The position numbers and the translations under genes were made by a program. Below the pieces are notes generated by a model. It saw nothing but the letters and a program-made list of their open reading frames with translations, made no database searches and was not told the DNA's origin. Below, piece after piece: positions 1 to 9,830 of a DNA stretch of 64,000 bases. The number at the start of each line of letters is the position of its first letter. Position 1 is the stretch's first letter. The DNA comes from an uncultured Gemmatimonadales bacterium (lineage in GTDB: Bacteria; Gemmatimonadota; Gemmatimonadetes; Gemmatimonadales; GWC2-71-9), in the NCBI GenBank assembly GCA_963836815.1, contig CAWILD010000001.1, forward strand, positions 27,813 to 91,812, written 5' to 3'.

Positions 1-45
1 CGCCGCTCGCGACTCACCGCTCACCTCTCACGCTATCAGGGATCG

Positions 46-636
46 ATGACGGGAATATCCCGGGGGCTGTGGGGCCGGGCAAGCTGGCTCTCCCTCGCCA
101 CGCTCGCGTGTGGAGGCGCCACTGCGTCGAAGCCGGCGACCGCGGGGCCGCCACCGCTGCGGCCGATTCCGCTGAAGGAAGCGCTCGTGTTGGAGAACGC
201 CGGCCCGCCCCCTTCAGACACCTCGGTGACGTTTCGGACGGGCGAGCGGCGGGTCATCATTCTCGGTCACGGGCCGCCGGACAACATCACCTTCGCGCGT
301 CTGGATTTCGCGCCCGAGTCGTTCGGTGAGGGTACCGGCCGGGAGGTTCGGGTCGAGCTGAACCCGCGCCCAGGCCTGTACGCCCTGGACATCACGTCCA
401 CGCTTCCGTTCAGCGCCGGTGCCACGCTCTCCTTCTATTACGCGCGCTATTTCACGGCGCCCGCCCGGGCCAGACAGATCTACGGCAACGACGTCGCCTT
501 CGAGCGGGCGCTCGCGATCTGGCAGGTGCAGCCCGGCGACATCCTCGCGCCGCTGCCACCGACTCGTCCCGCGCTGGATGTCTTGAGCGCACAGATCCGG
601 GGCCCGGGCGGCTACCTGGTGGCGGCGCCCCCATGA
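46..636 (+). CDS. hypothetical lipoprotein
   Basis: 196-aa ORF with an N-terminal signal sequence ending in a lipobox-like LATLACGG. Its stop overlaps the trpE start (ATGA at 633-636). No catalytic motif recognised. Confidence 0.5.
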   Translation: MTGISRGLWGRASWLSLATLACGGATASKPATAGPPPLRPIPLKEALVLENAGPPPSDTSVTFRTGERRVIILGHGPPDNITFARLDFAPESFGEGTGREVRVELNPRPGLYALDITSTLPFSAGATLSFYYARYFTAPARARQIYGNDVAFERALAIWQVQPGDILAPLPPTRPALDVLSAQIRGPGGYLVAAPP

Positions 637-2125
637 GCGAGCGGTTCGAAGCCTTCGCCGAGCAGGCTCGACAAGGCGGCAGCATGGTGCCCGTCACCCG
701 CCAGGTGGTCCTCGACGGCGACACCCCGGTCACGGCGTTCTCGAAGCTGCATCGCGGGCCCTACGGCTTTCTGCTCGAATCGCTCGAGGGCGGCGAGCGC
801 TGGGCGCGCTACACCTTCCTGGCCACGGAGCCCCGCGAAGTCTACCGCTACCGCGGGCGCGCCTGCGAGCGGTGGACCGCCGTCGAGGGGTGGACGGTGG
901 CCGAGAGCGACCTGCCTCCACTCGAGCACCTCGGTCGCCTCATGCGGCGCCACCCACCCGTGGTCGTGCCCGGCCTGCCGCGCTTCACCGGGGGCGCGGT
1001 CGGGTATCTCGGCTACGACATCGTGCGCACGATCGAGTCGCTGCCCAATGCCCCTCGGGACGACCGAGAGCTGCCCGATGCGATCGTCATGGTGGCCGAT
1101 ACACTGCTGGTGCTCGACAACCTGTACAATCGCGCGACGGTGATCGCGAGCGTGGAGGTCTCACCCGAGGCCGACGAAAAGGACTTGCGTCGGCTCTTCG
1201 ACGACGCCGAGGCGCGGATCGAGGCATGGCTGGAGCGTCTATCGCGGCCGGCGGACGTCAGACCGCTCACGATCGAGGCAGCGCCGCCGCTCCCGACAGT
1301 GACGTCGCCCTACGCCGATGCGCGGTACCAGGGCGACGTCGCCCGCATCAAGGAATACATCGCCGCGGGCGACACCTTTCAGACCGTGCTGAGCCGGCGG
1401 CTCGATCTGCCGGCGCCCGATCCGTTCCTGGCCTACCGCTATCTCCGCGCCCTCAATCCGGCGCCCTATCTCTACTTCCTGCACTGCGACGACATCCACG
1501 TCATCGGCAGCTCCCCGGAGATCCTGGTCCGCGTGGAGGACGGGGAGGTGACCCTCCGGCCCGATCGCCGGCACCCGCCCGCGCGGCGCCACGCCGGAGG
1601 AGGATGCCGCGCTCGCGACCGAGCTCGCCGCCGACCCGAAGGAGCGGGCCGAGCATCTGATGCTGGTGGACCTGGGGAGAAACGACGTCGGCCGGGTGGC
1701 GGAGTTCGGCACGCGTGCGGCTTACCGCCTTCATGGCGATCGAGCGGTACAGTCACGTGATGCACCTGGTGAGCGAGGTGCGGGGCCGTCTGCGACCGGA
1801 GCTCGACGCTCTCGCCGCCCTCGCCGCCTCGTTTCCCGCGGGGACCGTGTCGGGCGCCCCGAAGGTCCGCGCGATGGAAATCATCGACGAGCTGGAGCCG
1901 TTGAGACGTGGTCCCTACGCCGGCGCCGTGGGCTACGTGGGCTGGGGGGCGCGGACCCTCGACACCGCCATCGCCATCCGCACCTGCGTGATGCGCGGGG
2001 GCCGGGCCTGGATCCAGGCCGGCGCGGGCATCGTGGCGGATTCCGATCCCCTGTCCGAATTCCGAGAGACGGAGGCAAAGGCGCGGGCGGTGCTGCTGGC
2101 GCTGGCCCTCGCGGCCCGGGCCTGA
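633..2125 (+). pseudogene. trpE: anthranilate synthase component I, reading frame broken twice
   Basis: A colinear TrpE appears only by joining three frames: 633-1559 (..[31 protein letters not shown]), 1561-1713 ([51 protein letters not shown]) and 1715-2125 ([35 protein letters not shown]). Both junctions look like one extra base (C run ~1560; ACG-C-GTG ~1714). Confidence 0.9.
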
Positions 2126-2139
2126 GCTATCTTCCCGCC

Positions 2140-3750
2140 ATGGCCACGTACCGCCTCGTCAGCACCACGGGGGAGCAGGCTTTCGAGCTGCCGCCCGGCC
2201 GGAGCCTGGTGGTGGGGCGCGGAGTAGCGAGCGACATCGCGATCTACGATCCCACGATCTCGCGCCGCCACGCCGAGCTGACCGCGGAGGCCGACGGTGT
2301 GGAGGTCCGCGACCTCGGCAGCTCCAACGGGACGTGCATCAACGGCAGCCGGGTGACGGCCGGACGGCTCCGGCCCAACGACTCGGTGACGTTCGGCAAA
2401 GTGATGTTCCGGCTGCGGCCGCTCGCTCCGCTCGCGGGGGAGCCGGCACCACCCGCCTTCGAGCAGCCTCCCGCCGGCGACAACATCATCCGTCAACTGG
2501 AGGTGAGCGGCGGCCTGCCGGCGGGTATCACCAGCCGGGACGGGCCCTCCAGCCGCGGCCAGCTCAAGGTGGCCGCCGCCTCCGCAGAGGAGCGGCAGGC
2601 CAAGAAGCTGTCGCTCCTCCTCGCCGCCGCTCAGAAGCTCTCCTCGGAGCTGGAACTCGACCGCCTGCTGCGCGTGATCGTGGACGTGACCTTCGAGGTC
2701 ATGAACGTGGACCGCGTCTCGATCCTGCTCCGGAACGAGTCCACCGGCGAGCTCGTGCCGACGATCTCCAAGAGCCGGCTCGGCGACACCCAGCTCCAGC
2801 AGGTTCCTCGGTCCATTGCCGACAAGGTGGTTCAGGACCGGGTGGCGGTGGTGTCCCACAACGCGCCCGCGGACGCGCGCTTCAAGGGGCGCTCGATCCT
2901 CATGCAGAGCGTCCGGAGCGCCATGTGCTCCCCGCTGATGGCTTCGGCCGACAAGGTGCTCGGCATTCTCTACGTGGACAATCTGACGGACGCCAACACC
3001 TTCACCGACGAGGACCTGCAGTTCCTCGTCGCCTTCAGCGGGCTGGCGGCGATCGGCATCAAGAACAGCCGCTTCGCGGACCAGCTGCAGCGGGAGACCA
3101 TCGTCCGCTCGAACTTCGAGCGCTACTTCGCCCCCAACGTCGCGGCGGACATCGCCCAGCAGGACGCGGCGATCCGGCTCGGAGGCGAGCGCCGGCCGGT
3201 GACCGTGCTCTTCAGCGACATCCGCGGGTTCACCGCGATCGCCGAGGCCATGCCACCCGACGCCATCGCGCAGATGCTGAGCGAGTATTTCACCGAGATG
3301 GTGGAGGTGATCTTCGAGCATGGCGGCACGCTGGACAAGTTCATCGGCGACGCCATCATGGCGCTGTGGGGTGCGCCGATCGCCCACGAGGACGATCCCG
3401 ACCGCGCCCTGCGGGCGGCCGTGGCCATGCAGCGGAGCATCGACGAGCTCAACCGCCGCTGGGTGGCGGCGGGCCGCCCGGAGATCGGCGTGGGCATCGG
3501 CATCAACTACGGGGAGGCGTTCGCCGGCAACATCGGCAGCCACCGGCGGCTGGAGTACACCGTGATCGGCGACGCGGTCAACGTCGCCCATCGGCTCTGC
3601 GCCGAGGCCGGCGCAGGGGAGATCCTGGTGAGCGAGCAGCTGCTGCGGGTAGTGAAGAACAGCGTGGACGTCGATTTTCTGCCCGAGCTCGCGCTCAAGG
3701 GGAAGGCGCAGGTAGTGCAGGTCTATCGGGTGAAGGGCGGGACGCCCTAG
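2140..3750 (+). CDS. FHA domain - GAF domain - class III adenylate/guanylate cyclase
   Basis: ATG 2140. N-terminal FHA (..[35 protein letters not shown]..), central GAF-like region (..[25 protein letters not shown]..), C-terminal cyclase core ([53 protein letters not shown]). The first 480 nt of track ORF 1660..3750 are trpE sequence in another frame, so the start was moved. Confidence 0.85.
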   Translation: MATYRLVSTTGEQAFELPPGRSLVVGRGVASDIAIYDPTISRRHAELTAEADGVEVRDLGSSNGTCINGSRVTAGRLRPNDSVTFGKVMFRLRPLAPLAGEPAPPAFEQPPAGDNIIRQLEVSGGLPAGITSRDGPSSRGQLKVAAASAEERQAKKLSLLLAAAQKLSSELELDRLLRVIVDVTFEVMNVDRVSILLRNESTGELVPTISKSRLGDTQLQQVPRSIADKVVQDRVAVVSHNAPADARFKGRSILMQSVRSAMCSPLMASADKVLGILYVDNLTDANTFTDEDLQFLVAFSGLAAIGIKNSRFADQLQRETIVRSNFERYFAPNVAADIAQQDAAIRLGGERRPVTVLFSDIRGFTAIAEAMPPDAIAQMLSEYFTEMVEVIFEHGGTLDKFIGDAIMALWGAPIAHEDDPDRALRAAVAMQRSIDELNRRWVAAGRPEIGVGIGINYGEAFAGNIGSHRRLEYTVIGDAVNVAHRLCAEAGAGEILVSEQLLRVVKNSVDVDFLPELALKGKAQVVQVYRVKGGTP

Positions 3751-4330
3751 ACCGCGAGGCTCCCCCGAACTGGTAAGGCTCCCCCGCCTCCTCCATCAAT
3801 CCCAGCACCAGCCGGATCGGCAACCCCATCACGCTGAAGAAATCGCCCTCGATGCGCTCCACCAGCGCGGCCCCATACCCCTGGATGCCATACGCTCCGG
3901 CCTTGTCCATCGGCTCGCCGGTCGCCACGTAGGACTCGAGCTGCTCGTCGGAAAGCCGACGAAAGCTCACGTTCGTCACATCGGTGGCCTGGTGCACCCG
4001 CTCTCCCGCGACCAGAGCCACCGAGGTGACGACCTGATGGGTGCGGCCCTGCAGCTTTCGCAGCATCCGCAGGGCATCCTCGGCGTCGGTTGGCTTCTCC
4101 AGCACCTCGTCTCGCACGACGACGGTCGTGTCGGCACCGAGCACGAGCCGACCGGGGACGCCGAGCGCCTTCTCCCTCGCCAGCCGCTCGACGTAGTCGA
4201 TCGGCGTCTCGAACGGCCGCCGCACTTCCGGGATGTCGGGCGAGACTACTCGGATGGGAATGCCCAGCATCTCGAGCAGATGCCGTCGGCGGGGAGAGGA
4301 CGAAGCGAGCGTGAGCGGCTCACGATTCAT
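3695..4330 (-). CDS. maf: Maf-like nucleoside triphosphate pyrophosphatase
   Basis: [18 protein letters not shown].. and ..[10 protein letters not shown].. motifs. The start overlaps the dtd stop (TCAT 4327-4330). The last ~19 codons overlap the convergent cyclase 3' end, so the real stop may lie earlier. Confidence 0.85.
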   Translation of the reverse strand: MNREPLTLASSSPRRRHLLEMLGIPIRVVSPDIPEVRRPFETPIDYVERLAREKALGVPGRLVLGADTTVVVRDEVLEKPTDAEDALRMLRKLQGRTHQVVTSVALVAGERVHQATDVTNVSFRRLSDEQLESYVATGEPMDKAGAYGIQGYGAALVERIEGDFFSVMGLPIRLVLGLMEEAGEPYQFGGASRSRASRPSPDRPALPAPSP

Positions 4331-4770
4331 GGAGCGCGATCCAGGATCAGGGTGACCGGGCCATCGTTCTGGATGGCGACCTGCATGTCGGCGCCGAATT
4401 CGCCGGTGGCGACCTCGAGGCCGCGATCCCGGAGCGCGCTGACGAAGCGCTCATACAGGGGAATCGCCGTCTCGGGCCGGGCCGCGTCGATGAACGAAGG
4501 GCGGCGGCCCTTGGCGGCATCGCCATACAGCGTGAACTGTGAGACCACGAGCACCGCGCCGCCCTTCTCCGCCAAGCCGAGGTTCATCTTCCCCTCGCTG
4601 TCGGAGAACAGCCGCAGACCCGCGACCTTCTCCGCCATCCAGTCCACCTGCGCCGCGGTATCGGCGTGAGTGAACCCGACGAGAAGGCAGAATCCCTGGC
4701 CAATGGTTCCCACCACGCGTCCGTCGATCGTCACCGAGGCCGAAGACACCCGCTGGAGCACGACTCGCAT
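4327..4770 (-). CDS. dtd: D-aminoacyl-tRNA deacylase
   Basis: 147 aa: [24 protein letters not shown].. signature of Dtd. Confidence 0.9.
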   Translation of the reverse strand: MRVVLQRVSSASVTIDGRVVGTIGQGFCLLVGFTHADTAAQVDWMAEKVAGLRLFSDSEGKMNLGLAEKGGAVLVVSQFTLYGDAAKGRRPSFIDAARPETAIPLYERFVSALRDRGLEVATGEFGADMQVAIQNDGPVTLILDRAP

Positions 4771-4832
4771 GGTGGCTTACCGGCTAGATTTCGGCACGGT
4801 CGTAAACTTATTCGGATTCACCGCGTGGAACA

Positions 4833-5744
4833 GTGATGCCTGAACGCCCATTCATCGCACGCTTAGCCGTGGCTCGCCGCTACGCCCGCTCCGTGGTCCG
4901 GGAGCGGCAGCGCGAGCGCTGCACCCAGATTGCTCCCGCCCCGTATCGCCCGGCACCCGAGACCTGGCCGGACGACCGCCTGACTGCTGCCTGGCTGGGT
5001 CACGCGACGGTGCTCCTCAACCTGCTCGGCAGCCGGATCCTCACGGATCCAGCCCTCGAGAGCCGTATCGGGATCGGCCGGGGTCGCGCCAAGCTCGGTC
5101 CGCGGCGTCTCATTCAGCCGGCGCTCCGCGCTCGCGAGCTGCCAGCCCTCGATCTGCTGCTGCTCTCCCACGCCCACATGGACCACACCGACCTGGGAAC
5201 GCTGCGCTCGCTGCCACGCAACCTCCCGGTCCTGGTCCAGCGCGGCAATCGTGACCTGGTACGGCGGTTCCGGAACGTGATCGAGCTCGATTGGGGGGAA
5301 ACGGCGCGGGTCGGCGACCTGGAGGTGGAGTCGATTCAGGTACGACACTGGGGTGCGCGCATGGTGACCGACAGCCACCGCGGATACGGCGGCTATCTCG
5401 TGCGAAAGAGCGGACGGGCGGTCGTCTTCGCCGGAGACACGGCGTACACCGATCTCTTCGCGCGCTTCCGGGAACGGGGGCCGATCGACCTCGCGATCCT
5501 TCCGATCGGCGCTTACGATCCCTGGATCTACAATCACGCCTCGCCGGAGCAGGCCTGGGAGATGTTCCGCGACCTTGGCGCCGAATCTCTCCTCCCGATC
5601 CACCACTCCACCTTCCGGCTGAGCCGGGAGCCCATGGACGAGCCGATCCAGCGTCTCCTCGCCGCGGCCGGAAGCGACCGCGGGCGGGTGGCGCTCACCC
5701 AAGTCGGGCAAACCTGGACCTATCCGGGCTCGCTCATCGACTGA
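4833..5744 (+). CDS. MBL-fold metallo-hydrolase
   Basis: HAHMDHTD (HxHxDH) metal-binding motif, 303 aa. Start is GTG 4833 or ATG 4836. Confidence 0.8.
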   Translation: MMPERPFIARLAVARRYARSVVRERQRERCTQIAPAPYRPAPETWPDDRLTAAWLGHATVLLNLLGSRILTDPALESRIGIGRGRAKLGPRRLIQPALRARELPALDLLLLSHAHMDHTDLGTLRSLPRNLPVLVQRGNRDLVRRFRNVIELDWGETARVGDLEVESIQVRHWGARMVTDSHRGYGGYLVRKSGRAVVFAGDTAYTDLFARFRERGPIDLAILPIGAYDPWIYNHASPEQAWEMFRDLGAESLLPIHHSTFRLSREPMDEPIQRLLAAAGSDRGRVALTQVGQTWTYPGSLID

Positions 5745-5821
5745 ACGAAGTCCGATGGTCGCCAGCGATTACGGGCGTCATCGCGTGGCCGGGACGCGCC
5801 ACTTTTCTCAGCCGAGTCAAC

Positions 5822-7885
5822 ATGCCCGAGTCGCATCATTTCCTCACCAACCTCGCTTTGGTCCTGTGCGTAGCCGCGGCGACGTCGCTGCTGTTCCAGC
5901 GGCTGCGCCAGCCGGTAGTCTTCGGCTACCTGCTCGCCGGGATGATCATCGGGCCGCACATCCCGGTTCCGCTCGTCGCCGACGAGGGGCTCGTCCACAC
6001 CCTCGCCGAGCTCGGCGTCATCCTGCTGATGTTCGCGCTGGGCCTCGAGTTCAGCCTGCGGAAGCTGTTTCGCGTGGCACCCACGGCCGGGATCATCGCC
6101 GTGCTGCAGAGCAGCGCGATGGTGTTCCTCGGTTTCGGCCTGGGGCGGATCTTCGGCTGGACCGTGCTGGAGAGCGTCTACGCCGGCGCGATCATCGCAA
6201 TCTCCAGCACCACCATCATCCTGAAGGCCTTCGCGGAGCAGAAGGTCTCGGGGAAGGTGACCGACATCGTGTTCGGCGTCCTGATCATCGAGGACCTGAT
6301 CGCGATCCTGCTCCTCGCCATCCTGATGGCGGTCTCCTCGGGAGGCAACCTCACGGCCTGGGAACTGACACGAACCGGCATGCGACTCGCCGCCTTCCTG
6401 GTGGGCCTCGTCGCCGTAGGCCTGCTCGTCGTCCCCCGGCTGATTCGAATGACGGTGCGTCTGGGCAGCCCGGAGACGACGCTCGTCACCGCGATCGGCA
6501 TCTCATTCGCGACGGCGCTGCTGGCGATCACCTTCGGCTACTCGGTCGCGCTGGGAGCGTTCATCGGGGGCTCGCTCGTCGCCGAGTCGGGGCAGGTGGA
6601 GAAGATCGAGCACCTGGTCGCTCCGGTGCGCGACATGTTCGCCGCCATCTTCTTCGTGGCCGTGGGCATGCTCATCGATCCAGTGCTGATCGCGGAGCAC
6701 TGGGTGCCGGTGCTGATCCTCACGTTGGTCGTGATCGTCGGCAAGGTGATCGCGGTGTCGATGGGGGCGTTTCTCGTGGGCTATGGCACCCGCACCTCGG
6801 TGCAGACCGGGATGAGTCTGGCCCAGATCGGCGAGTTCTCCTTCATCATCGCGGGCATCGGCCTCACCACCGGCGCGACGCGACCCTTTCTCTATCCGGT
6901 CGCGGTCGCCGTCTCGGCAATCACGACCCTCACCACCCCCTGGCTGATCCGCTCCGCCGGGCCGGTCGCCTCCTACGTGGACCGGAAGCTTCCCCAGCGG
7001 CTGCAGACCTTCGCGTCCCTCTACGAGAGCTGGCTCGAGCGGCTCCGCCGGCGGTCCGCCGCGTCCACCCGATCGCGGGTCCGGCGCCTGCTCGGCGTAC
7101 TGCTCATCGATGTCCTCGTGCTCGCCGCCATCATCGTCGCCGTAGCCGTCGAGATGGAGCCGCTGACCCGGTACCTGACAGGGGCGTTCCGGTGGACGGA
7201 AGTCTGGGCAAGGCGAACGGTGGCGGGCGGGGCGCTGATTCTCTGTCTCCCGCTCCTCGTCGGGTTCTTTCGTAGCGCTCGAGGCCTGGGTCAGGCGCTG
7301 GCCTTCGAGGTGCTCCCGCCGGTGCAAAGGGGAAAGGTGGATTTCGGCGCCGCGCCTCGGCGCGCGCTACTGGTGACGGTCCAACTCGCCATCGTAGTGG
7401 TGGCCGGGCTTCCGTTGCTTGCCCTGACCCAGCCGTTTCTGCCCCCGTTCGGTGCTCTGGCGATCTTCCTCACCGTGCTCGCGATCGCCGCCGTCGCCTG
7501 GTGGCGCGGCGCGACCGATCTCCGGGGCCACGCCCAGGCAGGCGCCGAGGTGATCGTGTCGGTGCTGGCGAAACAGATGGTGGCAGGTGACCATGGCCCG
7601 GCGACGCCGCTCGAGGATGTCCGCAAGCTCCTGCCCGGCCTGGGCGAACCGGTGGCGCTCCGGGTCGAGCCTGCGGACCACGCCGTGGGACGCTCGCTCA
7701 CGGAGCTCGATCTGCGGAGTCGGACCGGCGCCGTCGTGCTGGCCATCAACCGCGGCGGCCAGCACATCCTCCTGCCGACCGGTCACGAGACGGTTCAGGC
7801 GGGTGACGTGCTGGCTATCGCCGGAACCCATGGGGCGGTCCGCGAGGCCACCTCGCTGTTGCGGGAGGGTGATGGGCAGCGGTAG
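5822..7885 (+). CDS. CPA2-family cation:proton antiporter with C-terminal RCK_C (TrkA-C) domain
   Basis: ATG 5822 (MPESHHFLTNLALVL..). Multi-TM exchanger core (LFQRLRQPVVFGYLLAGMIIGP..) and a C-terminal ..VGRSLTELDLRSRTGAVVLAINRGG..VQAGDVLAIAG. The upstream part of track ORF 5291..7885 overlaps the previous gene and looks non-coding. Confidence 0.85.
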   Translation: MPESHHFLTNLALVLCVAAATSLLFQRLRQPVVFGYLLAGMIIGPHIPVPLVADEGLVHTLAELGVILLMFALGLEFSLRKLFRVAPTAGIIAVLQSSAMVFLGFGLGRIFGWTVLESVYAGAIIAISSTTIILKAFAEQKVSGKVTDIVFGVLIIEDLIAILLLAILMAVSSGGNLTAWELTRTGMRLAAFLVGLVAVGLLVVPRLIRMTVRLGSPETTLVTAIGISFATALLAITFGYSVALGAFIGGSLVAESGQVEKIEHLVAPVRDMFAAIFFVAVGMLIDPVLIAEHWVPVLILTLVVIVGKVIAVSMGAFLVGYGTRTSVQTGMSLAQIGEFSFIIAGIGLTTGATRPFLYPVAVAVSAITTLTTPWLIRSAGPVASYVDRKLPQRLQTFASLYESWLERLRRRSAASTRSRVRRLLGVLLIDVLVLAAIIVAVAVEMEPLTRYLTGAFRWTEVWARRTVAGGALILCLPLLVGFFRSARGLGQALAFEVLPPVQRGKVDFGAAPRRALLVTVQLAIVVVAGLPLLALTQPFLPPFGALAIFLTVLAIAAVAWWRGATDLRGHAQAGAEVIVSVLAKQMVAGDHGPATPLEDVRKLLPGLGEPVALRVEPADHAVGRSLTELDLRSRTGAVVLAINRGGQHILLPTGHETVQAGDVLAIAGTHGAVREATSLLREGDGQR

Positions 7886-7987
7886 AAACGGAAGAGCCGA
7901 GGACTCGGCTCGCGTGCGGCGTTATCGGTTCGCCGGCTTCGCGGTGCTTCGTCCCCGGCCCACCATCCGGCGGGTCTGGTCGGCCGC

Positions 7988-9817
7988 TTACTCCACCGTC
8001 ACCGACTTTGCGAGATTGCGCGGTTGATCCACGTTGCAGCCGCGCGCGACCGCCACGTAGTAGGACAGGAGCTGCAGCGGCACGCTGGTGAGGATCGGCG
8101 TCAGCGTGTCGAGCGTCACCGGAATAGTGAAGGTGGCGTCCGCCAGCCGCTCGATCTCGGTGTCGCCCTCGTTGATGAGGGCGATGACCTTCCCGCCCCG
8201 CGCCTTCACCTCTTCGATGTTGGACACGATCTTCGAGTGCACGGCGTCGCGTGGCGCGATGAAGACGACCGGCATGTTCTCGTCGATCAGCGCGATCGGC
8301 CCGTGCTTCATCTCGGCCGCGGGGTACCCTTCGGCGTGGATGTAGGAGATCTCCTTCAGCTTCAGCGCCCCTTCGAGAGCGACGGGGAAATTCACGCCCC
8401 GGCCCAGATAGAGCGAATTGGTGGCCGTCCGAAGGAACCGCTCGGCGAGCTGCTCGATCTCGCCCGAGCGCTCCAGGATCTCGCTGATCTGATGCGGCAG
8501 AATGCGCAGGGCCTGGATGAACTGCCTGCCCTGCAGGATGCTCAGGTTCCGGAGCCGGGCGATGCGGAGCGTCACCAGGGCCAGCGCGGCGACCTGGCTG
8601 GTGAAGGCCTTGGTGCTCGCCACGCCGACTTCGGGACCGGCGTGGAGATAGATGCCGCCGTCCACCTCGCGCGCGATGGTCGAGCCCACCACGTTCACCA
8701 GACCGACCGTGCGGGCTCCGCGCCGCTTGGCCTCCCGGATCGCGGCAAGGGTATCGGCCGTTTCTCCGGACTGCGAGATCCCGATGACGAGCGTGTGCTG
8801 GTCCACCACCGGGTTCCGGTAGCGGAACTCCGAGGCATACTCGACCTCTACCGGAATCCTGGCCATCTCCTCCAGCATGTACTCGCCGATGAGCCCCGCG
8901 TGCCAGGAGGTACCGCAGGCGGTGATGACGATCCGCTCGATCCGCTTGAGGTCGTCGTCGGAGAGGTTGAGTCCGCTGACTCGGGCGGTGCCCTCGTCCT
9001 CGAGCAAGTGCCCCCGCAGCGTGTTGCAGAGGCTGTCGGGCTGCTCGCAGATCTCCTTGAGCATGAAGTGCGGATAGCCGTTCCGCTCGACCTGCGCGAG
9101 ATCCCATTCGATCTGGCTGACCGGCTTGCTGATCCGCGTCGTCTCGAGATTGCGCACCCGATAGCCGTCGCGCGTGAGGACCGCCATCTCGCCGTCGTCG
9201 AGGTAGACCACCGAGCGGGTGTGCTGCAGGAGCGGTGAGGCGTCGGAGGCGATGAACCATTCCTTTTCCCCGACGCCAACCAGGAGGGGCGACCCCTTCC
9301 GCGCCGCGACCAGGACGCCCGGCTCGTCGGCGGAGATGAAGGCGAGGCCGTAGGCCCCGTCCACTTCCCGAAGGGCCGCGGCTACGGCCTCCTCCAGGTT
9401 CCCGTCGTAGAATTCGCCGACGAGATGGGCCAGCACCTCGGTGTCGGTCTCGGACTTGAAAGCGTGCCCGCGCTGCTCCAGCGCTTTGCGGATGGCCGTG
9501 GAGTTCTCGATGATGCCGTTGTGAATGACGGCGATGCGGCCGGACTGATCGGTATGCGGGTGCGCGTTCGGGGTGGTCGGCGCGCCATGCGTCGCCCACC
9601 GGGTGTGGCCGATGCCGAGGGTGCCCGACGGCATGTCGGCTTCCAGCTCCTGCTCGAGCACCGAGAGCTTGCCCGCGGCCTTCACGATATTCAGGCCCTG
9701 CCCGTTGACGACCGCGATGCCCGCCGAGTCGTAGCCCCGGTATTCCAGCCGCCGAAGCCCCTCGATGATCAACTCCGCCGCCTTCCGGGGCCCGATATAG
9801 CCTACGATGCCGCACAT
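7988..9817 (-). CDS. glmS: glutamine--fructose-6-phosphate aminotransferase
   Basis: MCGIVGYIG N-terminal nucleophile, two SIS domains, C-terminal ..NLAKSVTVE. Start set to ATG 9817; the track ORF begins 45 nt upstream. Confidence 0.95.
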   Translation of the reverse strand: MCGIVGYIGPRKAAELIIEGLRRLEYRGYDSAGIAVVNGQGLNIVKAAGKLSVLEQELEADMPSGTLGIGHTRWATHGAPTTPNAHPHTDQSGRIAVIHNGIIENSTAIRKALEQRGHAFKSETDTEVLAHLVGEFYDGNLEEAVAAALREVDGAYGLAFISADEPGVLVAARKGSPLLVGVGEKEWFIASDASPLLQHTRSVVYLDDGEMAVLTRDGYRVRNLETTRISKPVSQIEWDLAQVERNGYPHFMLKEICEQPDSLCNTLRGHLLEDEGTARVSGLNLSDDDLKRIERIVITACGTSWHAGLIGEYMLEEMARIPVEVEYASEFRYRNPVVDQHTLVIGISQSGETADTLAAIREAKRRGARTVGLVNVVGSTIAREVDGGIYLHAGPEVGVASTKAFTSQVAALALVTLRIARLRNLSILQGRQFIQALRILPHQISEILERSGEIEQLAERFLRTATNSLYLGRGVNFPVALEGALKLKEISYIHAEGYPAAEMKHGPIALIDENMPVVFIAPRDAVHSKIVSNIEEVKARGGKVIALINEGDTEIERLADATFTIPVTLDTLTPILTSVPLQLLSYYVAVARGCNVDQPRNLAKSVTVE

Positions 9818-9830
9818 GGCGTCATGATCC

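Noticed and set aside
13-33. Tandem heptamers (also at 30103-30173 and 37084-37104) considered as a CRISPR or other array.
   Set aside because: The units are only 7 nt with no spacers, and there are only 3-4 copies. They form hairpin arms. No cas genes are present.
1933-3591. 552-aa minus-strand ORF.
   Set aside because: It is antisense to the motif-rich FHA-GAF-cyclase gene. Its composition is Arg/Gly/Ala/His/Pro low complexity with no motif. This is the typical shadow ORF of very GC-rich DNA.
3695-3750. 56-nt convergent overlap of maf with the cyclase gene, considered as a functional antisense overlap.
   Set aside because: The Maf fold is complete well before the overlap. An alternative frame reaches a TAG at ~3748 after a G-run, so a hidden indel or a lax stop is as likely. 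I cannot support either reading.
5745-5821. CCGATGGTCGCC.. upstream of the antiporter gene, considered as a fluoride (crcB-motif) riboswitch.
   Set aside because: Only the CGAUGG word matches. The conserved 3' CUGAUG..CCUAC half and the pseudoknot partners are absent.
7815-9815. 666-aa minus-strand ORF.
   Set aside because: It is an alternative frame of glmS on the same strand, and the glmS frame carries every family motif.
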